From positions 9,072 to 73,071 of the forward strand of contig JAFTPH010000031.1 in the NCBI GenBank assembly GCA_017463365.1: DNA of 64,000 bases, read 5' to 3'. The first letter of the stretch is position 1. Every line of letters begins with the position of its first letter. The notes beneath the pieces are model-generated. The model ran no database searches and was not told where the DNA came from. It saw only the letters and a list, made by a program, of their open reading frames with translations. Origin of the DNA: Bacilli bacterium (lineage in GTDB: Bacteria; Bacillota_I; Bacilli_A; ML615J-28; CAG-313). Below are positions 27,962 through 36,692 of this stretch, piece after piece. Made by a program: the position numbers and the translations under genes.

Positions 27962-29335
27962 ATGAAATTTTTAAAATTAAAAGAAAAATTAAGAAATAAA
28001 TACCAATCATTAGATAATGGTAAAAAAGGATTTAAAAGAGTAAAAAGTAAAATTTTTGAAAATAAAAAAGAAATGAATGCAGATAATTTAAAAATTATTG
28101 GGATTACGGGTAGTGCAGGAAAATCAACGACAGCTTTAATAGTTCATGAATATTTAAAAATGTTAGGATATAAATCAGTTTTATATTCAAGTGCTAAAAT
28201 TGATTCTCCAGCATCAATTATTAATCCAGACGAAGCATGTGAAATTTCGTTTAATTCTGAAGAGGAATTATTAGATATTATTGAGGAAGTTGAAGCATAC
28301 GGAGCAGATTTTCTTGTTTTAGAAGTAAATGAAAGTACTATCGAAAAAGGTATTACAAAGGAAATTCCATTTGCGGTTAGAGCATTAACAAATTTAAATC
28401 CTAAACATAATTTAGAACGCTATTCTGATACTGAATATGTAGAAATTAAAAAAGCATTTTTTAAAGATATAGAAGATGATTGTAAGTGTGTTCTAGGTTT
28501 TCAAAGTTACAATAAAGAACTATTAGATGAATTATTAAAATTAAATGATTTTGAAAAATTAGTATTTACAACTAACTATATTGCAAATGTTAATGGAATT
28601 GATCCTAATATGGCAACATGTTTATTAACTGGTTTAGAATCTACTTTAGATGGATTAAAACTTAACATTAAAGTTAAAGGTGAAAAATATAAATTAGAGT
28701 CTAAATTAATGATGTCATATAATGCATTGAATTTTGTTGGTGCTATAACAATTTTAGAAGCATTAGATATTTTAGATGTTAAACAATTTGAAAAATGTAT
28801 TTATGATATTAATATTCCGGGTCGTGCTGAAGTATTTAAAGCAAATGGAAGATTAATAGTTGTTGATACACATTTACCAAAAATGCTTGAGTGTCTAAAA
28901 AGTTTTAAAGATAATGGATTAATTAGCAAAATTAAAGTAGTAGTTGGATCAATGGGACATGGCTTCAAAACATGGGAAGATAGATTTAATTCTGAACAAT
29001 TTAAAGAGATACACAAGGAAAATAAAAAATTCGCGATGGGATTATTAAAACAATATGCAGATTTTGTATATTTAACAGAAAACGATAATGCTGCAGAAAA
29101 TGTATTAGATATTTGCCTAGAACTTCAAGGATATCTAGAAGGTGATGTAGCATCTGTAATTGTTGAAGATAGAAAAGATGCTATTAGTCAAGCAATTGTT
29201 GAGTCTAAAGAAGGAGATGTAATTTTTATTTCTGGGCGTGGTAATAGAAGAGTATTATGTAATACAAAAACTACAATGAAATTATTAAAAGATAGTGAAG
29301 TTGTAAAAGAAACATTAATTAAAATAGGATGGTAA
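27962..29335 (+). CDS. Divergent Mur-ligase-family protein
   Basis: P-loop IIGITGSAGKSTT about 45 aa from the N-terminus, LVLEVNES, TNLNPKHNLERY in place of TN...DHLD, and C-terminal GDVIFISGRGN. Confidence 0.75.
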   Translation: MKFLKLKEKLRNKYQSLDNGKKGFKRVKSKIFENKKEMNADNLKIIGITGSAGKSTTALIVHEYLKMLGYKSVLYSSAKIDSPASIINPDEACEISFNSEEELLDIIEEVEAYGADFLVLEVNESTIEKGITKEIPFAVRALTNLNPKHNLERYSDTEYVEIKKAFFKDIEDDCKCVLGFQSYNKELLDELLKLNDFEKLVFTTNYIANVNGIDPNMATCLLTGLESTLDGLKLNIKVKGEKYKLESKLMMSYNALNFVGAITILEALDILDVKQFEKCIYDINIPGRAEVFKANGRLIVVDTHLPKMLECLKSFKDNGLISKIKVVVGSMGHGFKTWEDRFNSEQFKEIHKENKKFAMGLLKQYADFVYLTENDNAAENVLDICLELQGYLEGDVASVIVEDRKDAISQAIVESKEGDVIFISGRGNRRVLCNTKTTMKLLKDSEVVKETLIKIGW

Positions 29336-29339
29336 TTTT

Positions 29340-32300
29340 ATGGATAATAGTAAAATTAATCAAACGGAATTAAGTTATAAATGTGGTGCAGGTGAGTCAA
29401 AGGTTAATTTATATACTGGAAGAATGGTTTTTAACGTTATTGATGTAAATGTAGGGACAGATTCTTATGAATTAATTTTATATCATATCTATAATTCGCA
29501 TTTAGGTTTACCTGCTGGTGTAAATACTAAAGTAGGTTCTAAATGGAAATTAAATCTACAAGAGTATATTTATAAAGTTGGTACTGATTATTATTATATT
29601 GATGCTTCAGGAATGAAAATTAACTTTAAGTACCTATATGAAAATACATATTATGATACAACAGGTTTAGGAATGCAATTAAAATTATTAACTAATCAAA
29701 TCGAAATTATAGATATGGCAAACAATAAAAAAATATTTAGAAATAATCGATTAGAAGAAATAATTTCTGGTGAAAATAGCTCAATTATAAAAGAATTAAT
29801 ATATACGGATAATAAATTAACATTAATTAAAGATACAAGAAAACCAGACACAAATATTAAATTAGAGTATAATAATGATTTATTAAGTAGTATAATTGTA
29901 ACAGTAAAAAATAAAGAGCAATTAAGACTTAAATATTATTACAAAGAAAATCAATTAGTAATGATTTCTAAAATTGTTGATGGATTTGAAAAAGTTAGTA
30001 CTTTGTTTAGATATACTGGTGATAATTTAACATATGCCGTTTGCTATCAAAATAAATCAGCACTTAAATTCACATATAATTCAGCTGACAAAGTAATTAG
30101 AGTTGATACAGGTGTTGCGAAAGTTAAAACAACGAAAATTACAAAAAATAATGTATTTGTAGGGGAAAGTATTTATTGTGGCGAAAAAGATTACGTTGGT
30201 GATGTAACATATACTAATAATTATGAAATTGATGATTGTATTACGGAATATGGACAAGATTTATTAACATATAACATTATTGAATATAATGGAACTAATA
30301 GTATTGTGGAAAATGAAAAAGGTTTAAAAAATGTATATTACTTTAATGAAAATGGATTTATGGTTTCTATTTTAGAATCAGTTAATACATCAAATACAAA
30401 TTTAAAAACATTAAAGAAAATGCCGGGAAAATCTATGCTAAATGAAAACGGAGGGGATGATTCTGAAATAATTAATACTCAAAATGCTTTCAATTTGACA
30501 ACCATTTCGGAAATATCAACTTCTACAATAATGAGCGGTAGAAAAAAATCATTAGATGATTACCGTGGGAGAGAATGCGGTAATTATATAAATTATATAT
30601 GTAGTTTTTGGTTAAAATTATTAGAAGAAGTGGATAATTCAAAAGTACAATTGATTATTAATGATGATGATGATAATAAAAGTATTGTTTCATTTGATAA
30701 TTCTGCAGTTGACGCTTGGCAAGAAGTAAGAATGCCAATAAAAATTTTAGATGATAATATTAAGAGTATAAAACTAGAATTTTTAGAAAAAACTGAAAAA
30801 CATATAAAAATTGTTGATATGAAATTATACTATAGTTCAACATATAAAACTATGTTAACTAATGGAACAACATGGGCTTGTCTAGATGAAATACAAAAAA
30901 TTATTTACATTAATCAGAATGGTATAGAAGATGAAATAATATTAGATGATGATAATTTTGTTACCGAAAAAGATTTACAAATGACATATATGCACAAATT
31001 TAAATTATATGGAAATTCTAATAATTCAAATGATTATTATCCTTTATATTTAAATGATGCCACGAAACAATTAATTGTTAGTAGTTCGAAATTTTATTAT
31101 AAAATAAATGATGAAGTAAAAGAATTTCCTGTATTATTTGGGAATGATGACTATTCAACTAAAATTAAAGTTCAAAATACAAGGGCACAATATTTTATTG
31201 AATCATTATCGCCTGATGGGGATGTGTATATTTATAATATTCCACATTTTTTGAAATCAATTAATATTGATGGTGTATTTTATGATTGTTTATGCAATAT
31301 TACTGAAGGGAATAAGAATATAAAAGGTTCTAAAGAACATGAGTGCAGTTTTAAAGTTGAATGTGTTGATTTGAAGGGCAAAAAAGTTTTAACTAGAGAT
31401 GAATATGGCGTTGTAAATATATATAAATACAATAATAATGGTATTTTAAAAAATAAAATATTAACTAGTGAAAAAAATACTTCAAAAAAAATTGTGTATA
31501 ACATAGAAAGGGAATTAAATATCGAAAATGATTCAAATGAGTATTTGGTAAAAAGTGAAGATAATAGTAAAATGCAAATAAATACTAAGTATGATAAAAA
31601 AGGTAACCTAATATGTACATCAATGTTTGGATTAGAAAACCAAGATTCACAAGAATATGTTCAACAATATCATTATTCTAAATTAGATAATTTTCTTTTA
31701 TCAGTAAAAGATAATTTGGGAGGGATTAATAATATTAAATATGATGAAATGGGAAGAATCATTGAAATATCTCCTAAAAAGTATAATGATGCAAATTATT
31801 ATGGTTTTAAATTTAAATATGATAATTTTGGTGAGCCTACACATTTATATTATACATTTAAACAAGGAAATGATATCATTGATATAAAATTAGTAGAAAA
31901 AATAATTGATCGAACTAATAATTCTATCATAACTAAATATTATAGGGATGATTCTGATGAACTTAACGCAGATATTAGTAAAACAGTTTTAGATTTGTAT
32001 GGAAACATTAAGGAAATTATAATTGGTGATAAAAAGGTTACATATAAAAATCATAATTTATGGGAAAGTCCTCATTCTGCTAATGTTGAAACTATTGAAG
32101 ATGAATTAGATAATAAAACATATACATATAAATATGATGATTTTAATAATTTAACTAACTATTCTATTAATGATGAAAATGGAACAATTAGTGTTTATAA
32201 ATCAGACAATGATACTATTGAATGTGAAGAGATTTTTAATGAAAGCCATTTTAATCCTTCTGCTGGTATTGCTACTATAAAATATGAAGAAGATGTTTTA

Positions 32301-34577
32301 TTTTCTCCAAGAATTAAAGAAACAACACATCAAATATATTATGCATATCAGGGAAATCCGACAACATATGATTATGATGACCTAGGAAGGGTAAATAAAA
32401 AATATGTTAGTTATATAGATGGATTTAGTAATTTTGTAAATATGACACAAAATATAAATTTTTTAGAAAAGACTAATTGCATAAATAAAATTACTACTTC
32501 ATTTGTAGATGAAAATAAAAATAGTACAACATTTCAATCGGAATATAAATATAATCAATTTGGAAATTTAGAAGAAGATCATGTATCTATTGATGATAAT
32601 ACTAATAAATTTGTTAGAAAATATAAATATAATGAAGCTAATCAAATAATACGTGAAGAAATAGTTAATAGCAATATTACATATGAATATTATTATAATA
32701 ATGATGGTAGTATTGATTATATTAATACAAATGGGATTCAAAAAAATTACAATTATCAAAATGGGAGAATTTCATTAATTACTGAAGGTGGACTGATAAA
32801 AATTCCTTTAACATATGATAATATTGGAAATGTTAAAACTTTTGGGGCAAATTCATATTCTTGGACTAGAGGAAATTTATTGGCATCTTTTTGTAATAAT
32901 AATAGTATTACTAAATATCATTATAATGGATTTAATAAAAAATATAAAAAAGAATTGACTAATGGAATAACAATAAATTATAATTATGATAATGATAAAA
33001 TTATTTCTGAAAATTGGAGCAATGGAAATCAATTAAAATTTAGTTATGATGCTACAGGAATAACAGGTTTTTTATATAAAGAAAATGAAGGGATAATGAA
33101 TAATTATTATTATTTTGTTAAAGATGCTTTTGGTAGTGTTATATCATTGATTTATGATGGAAAAGAAGTTGCACATTATGAATATGATTCATTTGGAAAT
33201 TGTACTGTAACCAACTATACGAAGGAAAACATTGGTGATATCAACCCTATTAGATGGAAAGGAATGTATTATGAAATTGAAAGTGATGTCTATTTAATTG
33301 GAAATGATACATATTGTCCTTCATTAAGACAAAATATATCAATGAAATTATTAGAAGATATTGCAACTAGTGATTATGAAATTTATAATATATATCCTTA
33401 TCAATTAACAAATTCAAATATGTTAAATATGACTTTTGAACAAAATAATTTATTATCTTCGTTAGAATTAGTTTATGAACCAGAAAAAAAATCAAAATGG
33501 ACGAGATTCTGGGAGAAATTCTGGAGGAGTATTTTTGGGAAGATTATATCAGTTTGTTTGGCAATAATCGCTTTTGCACTTACCTGGTGGCAAGGTGGTT
33601 GGTTAGGAGTGTTATTTTTAGCAATTCCATTGGTTCTTACTTTAGGAGTGGGATGCTTAGCAGCAGGAATTGCAAGTAAACGAACAGGCAAAGGTTTTTG
33701 GAACGGTTTTGTTAATTATTTAAATAGAAACTGGTCACAAGTTGTAGGAACAGAAATGGCATTGTATTTGGTTTCGTTTGGTATTTCAAAAATAATGAAA
33801 TTAGGAACAGCAGCTGATTGTTTTAAAGCAGGTACATTGGTTCTAACATCTATCGGATTGATAAAGATTGAGGATGTTAAGGCGGGAGACAAAGTATGGA
33901 GTTATAATGAAGATACTAAAGAAAAGGAACTTAAAACAGTAAAAAGATTATTTATTAATAAAACTAAAGAATGGTTATACATAACTATAGTAAATAACGA
34001 GACTATGCAAGAAAATGAAGTTGTATGTACAAAAACACATAAAATTTACATTAAGAATAAAGGATGGATAAAAGCTAGTGAAATACTTGAAAATGATGTG
34101 GTTTTATTATATAATAACACTGAGGGAAAAGTGATAAAGAAGGACTTAAGAAAGTTAAGTCAAGAAGAATATACATATAATTTTGAGGTTGAAGATAATC
34201 ATAATTATTATATAGGAAATGATAAAATTTTAGTACATAATAAATGTAAGCCAGAATTTGAAGTGTTAGAGTTTGATGAACGTGCTATTGCGATGGCAAG
34301 AGAAGGTAATCCAACTTTTCAAACTTTTAGGAGAAGATTATTTAAATATCAAAATGAAATAGATCCTACTATGTTCCATACATATAAAAAAGGTTTAAGT
34401 CCAATAATCAATAATAAAAAGATAATTCTTCATCATCCAAAAGGACGAGTTGGTCCAAACTTATATAATGTTGTGGGGGTTACGTACCAACAACATCTTA
34501 GTATTCATGCTATAATTGGCTATCGAAATGCCCAGTGGGATGATGTAATATATCATTTAGGTAAAGGAGTATTTTAA
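29340..34577 (+). CDS. Rhs/YD-repeat polymorphic toxin with TM segment, pretoxin HINT domain and LHH-type HNH/EndoVII nuclease C-terminus
   Basis: Many YD repeats (YKYNNNG, TKYDKKGN, IKYDEMGR, YDYDDLGR, YKYNQFGN, YEYDSFGN). Rhs-core end NPIRWKGMYYE at about 33241. Hydrophobic helices at about 33530-33790. HINT from Cys1494 (33819) to HN1633-1634 (34236-34241). LHH motif at 34428-34436. Confidence 0.9.
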   Translation: MDNSKINQTELSYKCGAGESKVNLYTGRMVFNVIDVNVGTDSYELILYHIYNSHLGLPAGVNTKVGSKWKLNLQEYIYKVGTDYYYIDASGMKINFKYLYENTYYDTTGLGMQLKLLTNQIEIIDMANNKKIFRNNRLEEIISGENSSIIKELIYTDNKLTLIKDTRKPDTNIKLEYNNDLLSSIIVTVKNKEQLRLKYYYKENQLVMISKIVDGFEKVSTLFRYTGDNLTYAVCYQNKSALKFTYNSADKVIRVDTGVAKVKTTKITKNNVFVGESIYCGEKDYVGDVTYTNNYEIDDCITEYGQDLLTYNIIEYNGTNSIVENEKGLKNVYYFNENGFMVSILESVNTSNTNLKTLKKMPGKSMLNENGGDDSEIINTQNAFNLTTISEISTSTIMSGRKKSLDDYRGRECGNYINYICSFWLKLLEEVDNSKVQLIINDDDDNKSIVSFDNSAVDAWQEVRMPIKILDDNIKSIKLEFLEKTEKHIKIVDMKLYYSSTYKTMLTNGTTWACLDEIQKIIYINQNGIEDEIILDDDNFVTEKDLQMTYMHKFKLYGNSNNSNDYYPLYLNDATKQLIVSSSKFYYKINDEVKEFPVLFGNDDYSTKIKVQNTRAQYFIESLSPDGDVYIYNIPHFLKSINIDGVFYDCLCNITEGNKNIKGSKEHECSFKVECVDLKGKKVLTRDEYGVVNIYKYNNNGILKNKILTSEKNTSKKIVYNIERELNIENDSNEYLVKSEDNSKMQINTKYDKKGNLICTSMFGLENQDSQEYVQQYHYSKLDNFLLSVKDNLGGINNIKYDEMGRIIEISPKKYNDANYYGFKFKYDNFGEPTHLYYTFKQGNDIIDIKLVEKIIDRTNNSIITKYYRDDSDELNADISKTVLDLYGNIKEIIIGDKKVTYKNHNLWESPHSANVETIEDELDNKTYTYKYDDFNNLTNYSINDENGTISVYKSDNDTIECEEIFNESHFNPSAGIATIKYEEDVLFSPRIKETTHQIYYAYQGNPTTYDYDDLGRVNKKYVSYIDGFSNFVNMTQNINFLEKTNCINKITTSFVDENKNSTTFQSEYKYNQFGNLEEDHVSIDDNTNKFVRKYKYNEANQIIREEIVNSNITYEYYYNNDGSIDYINTNGIQKNYNYQNGRISLITEGGLIKIPLTYDNIGNVKTFGANSYSWTRGNLLASFCNNNSITKYHYNGFNKKYKKELTNGITINYNYDNDKIISENWSNGNQLKFSYDATGITGFLYKENEGIMNNYYYFVKDAFGSVISLIYDGKEVAHYEYDSFGNCTVTNYTKENIGDINPIRWKGMYYEIESDVYLIGNDTYCPSLRQNISMKLLEDIATSDYEIYNIYPYQLTNSNMLNMTFEQNNLLSSLELVYEPEKKSKWTRFWEKFWRSIFGKIISVCLAIIAFALTWWQGGWLGVLFLAIPLVLTLGVGCLAAGIASKRTGKGFWNGFVNYLNRNWSQVVGTEMALYLVSFGISKIMKLGTAADCFKAGTLVLTSIGLIKIEDVKAGDKVWSYNEDTKEKELKTVKRLFINKTKEWLYITIVNNETMQENEVVCTKTHKIYIKNKGWIKASEILENDVVLLYNNTEGKVIKKDLRKLSQEEYTYNFEVEDNHNYYIGNDKILVHNKCKPEFEVLEFDERAIAMAREGNPTFQTFRRRLFKYQNEIDPTMFHTYKKGLSPIINNKKIILHHPKGRVGPNLYNVVGVTYQQHLSIHAIIGYRNAQWDDVIYHLGKGVF

Positions 34578-35176
34578 TGACAAAAGAAGAACTTATAAAA
34601 GAATTAATTGATTTTGTTGAAGGAAAAATAGAAGTAAATATTATCTATGAAGACCTTCTTAAAGGAAAATTTGATAGTTTGTTAGATGTATATTTAGGTG
34701 ATAAAATTGGAATGTATGGAAAAAGTAGTGTTTTAGAATGCCTTAAAACGTGTGGTATTAAAAATTCACATGCTAGATATGGTTTTTGGCATGCGGTAGA
34801 AGCATATTTATATTTTAATGGGTACACATATAGTCCATCAAAAAAATTATATAATGAATGGTCATATAAAGTTGATATTCAACCATCATACATTTATATA
34901 GAAGATGATGTAATACTAAATAAATATATTAATGAGGCACCAAAAGGATTAAATAAAACCGAAACAAAAAAATGGATTAAAAATAGAATTAAACAAGATT
35001 TTAAATATGATAAAACTCCACCTAGATGGGTTCAGAATCCAGAATGGCCAATAGTAAATGGTGTACCATTAATATTTAAAAATCAAACTAAAATGACTTT
35101 AGATGATGAAAGAGTATATTACACTTTTTATCATCCCCAAACGTTAGAAGAAATAGTCATAGTCCAATTCTATTAA
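34577..35176 (+). CDS. Putative cognate immunity protein
   Basis: TAATG overlap with the toxin stop codon. 199 aa, cytoplasmic. Position is typical of polymorphic-toxin immunity genes. Confidence 0.6.
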   Translation: MTKEELIKELIDFVEGKIEVNIIYEDLLKGKFDSLLDVYLGDKIGMYGKSSVLECLKTCGIKNSHARYGFWHAVEAYLYFNGYTYSPSKKLYNEWSYKVDIQPSYIYIEDDVILNKYINEAPKGLNKTETKKWIKNRIKQDFKYDKTPPRWVQNPEWPIVNGVPLIFKNQTKMTLDDERVYYTFYHPQTLEEIVIVQFY

Positions 35177-35390
35177 TATAATAACGGATTTTATATTAAA
35201 ATTTTTGATTATATGTTAAAATCAAATGTAATATTATAAAATTGAATTTAAGAATTGCTATGGATTTAATGTTGCATTTCGCCTTACTTTATAGGCAGGA
35301 TAAGGAAAAAGCAACACTTCGTTGCATTTTCGAATTTCTTGCAAACTGACACGCTCAGCTTTACGCTTTTGTCCGATTATATTGTAGTTA

Positions 35391-35421
35391 AAGGAGTTAA
35401 CTTTTTTGGTTAACTCCTTTG
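35391..35421 (+). terminator. Terminator-like hairpin after the immunity gene
   Basis: AAAGGAGTTAAC-TTTTTT-GGTTAACTCCTTT. Confidence 0.55.
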
Positions 35422-35487
35422 CTTATTTGTAAGGCGAAATGCTTTGTCCACTAAAAAAATTGCCAAATTTCGTTCGACAATTTGGTA

Positions 35488-35860
35488 AAAACGTTAAACT
35501 TTTTAACTAAGACTTTCCATATATAGTGTGGGAAGTTTTTTTATTTTTAAAAATATTTTTAATTTTTTTATAAAAAACGTTTAACTTTTGACTCCTAACT
35601 TTCCATATATAGTGAGGGGACATTTTAAATTTTTTAAAATATTTTTTAAAAACACCCGTACAAAACACGAGTTTCTTTCCATATATATTGAGGGGTTATT
35701 TTTAATTTGAAAAAAAATTTATAACTTTTTTTATAAAAACGTCTAAGTTTTTGATTATAACTTTCCATATATAGTGAGGGATCATTTTAAAATTTTTAAA
35801 AATATTTTTAAAAACACCCCTACAAAACACAAAAACTTTTCCATATATATTGAGGGACTA
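35488..35860 (+). repeat. ORF-free tandem array: five copies of CTTTCCATATATAGTGAGGG in about 162-bp double units
   Basis: Cores at 35514-35533, 35600-35619, 35676-35695, 35762-35781 and 35837-35857. Spacing alternates 86/76/86/75 nt and the flanks are also conserved. Confidence 0.9.
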
Positions 35861-35962
35861 TATTTTATTCTCTCATAAATTGTGGATTAATTAAAGGAGA
35901 GTGATAAAAATGATTTAACTTAATTAAAAAGATTAAAAAAATAAGGAAAGGAGGAATGAAGA

Positions 35963-36628
35963 ATGGATCAATTTACATTTTATGATTTATATTATGAAAC
36001 ATTTAATGGATTAAAAGATGAAGAGATAGGTAGATTTATTAAAAGAATATGTAATTATGCTTTGTATGATTTAGAAGATGAAGTAAGTAAAAATGATACA
36101 GAAAATTGTTTATTTGAAATAATTTTTCCAACTTTAAAAGAAGCAACATCATTAGAAAAACAAGGAAAAGTTCCGTATTATTTAAATAGAAGTATGAAAC
36201 ATTTTACTTTTAAAATAGCATATGCAAATATAATTAAAACAATTAAAGATGAAAAGTTATCTGGTAAATTTATAAAAGCAATATGTGCTTATATGTTTGA
36301 TGATGAAATACCTGTTGATTTAACTCCACCTATTGATACATATTTTAAATTATTTAAGAAAAGTTTTGACTTAACTAAAACAAGAATTAAAAGTGGACAT
36401 AAAGGTGGAAGTAAAAAGAAAAAAGAAACTATAAATAAAAAAATAGAAACTTTAGAAGATTTTTTAAATAATAATCCTTACATTAATAATGATGTTTATA
36501 GTAAAAGTTTAATATTAAATAAAGATTATAGTCTATTAAATGAAAGACTAAAAACAAATTTAAAATATAAAGATGAAAAAAGTTTATATATAATCTTAAA
36601 AAGTTATGATGAAATTATAAAAGATTAA
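35963..36628 (+). CDS. Hypothetical protein with internal duplication (DUF6291-like)
   Basis: MDQFTFYDLYYETFNGLKDEEIGRFIKRICNYAL and a second KLSGKFIKAICAYMF unit, then a basic KSGHKGGSKKKK stretch. Confidence 0.4.
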   Translation: MDQFTFYDLYYETFNGLKDEEIGRFIKRICNYALYDLEDEVSKNDTENCLFEIIFPTLKEATSLEKQGKVPYYLNRSMKHFTFKIAYANIIKTIKDEKLSGKFIKAICAYMFDDEIPVDLTPPIDTYFKLFKKSFDLTKTRIKSGHKGGSKKKKETINKKIETLEDFLNNNPYINNDVYSKSLILNKDYSLLNERLKTNLKYKDEKSLYIILKSYDEIIKD

Positions 36629-36674
36629 CAAGCAAATGTGTAAGCAAAACTATTTGTTTTGATTTATTATTTAT

Positions 36675-36692
36675 GGCAAATTTGCCTTTTTT
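36675..36692 (+). terminator. Rho-independent terminator
   Basis: GGCAAATTTGCC followed by TTTTTT. Confidence 0.7.

Noticed and set aside
33819-34241. Hint domain inside the Rhs ORF as a true intein
   Set aside because: It has no homing-endonuclease insert. It sits at the pretoxin position directly before a small toxin domain rather than splitting a conserved host protein. This matches PT-HINT of polymorphic toxins.
35488-35860. Possible CRISPR array, given regularly spaced repeats
   Set aside because: The repeat period is about 76-86 nt with no 28-37-nt repeat/unique-spacer organisation. The inter-repeat segments are themselves repeated and very AT-rich. There are no cas genes in the window.
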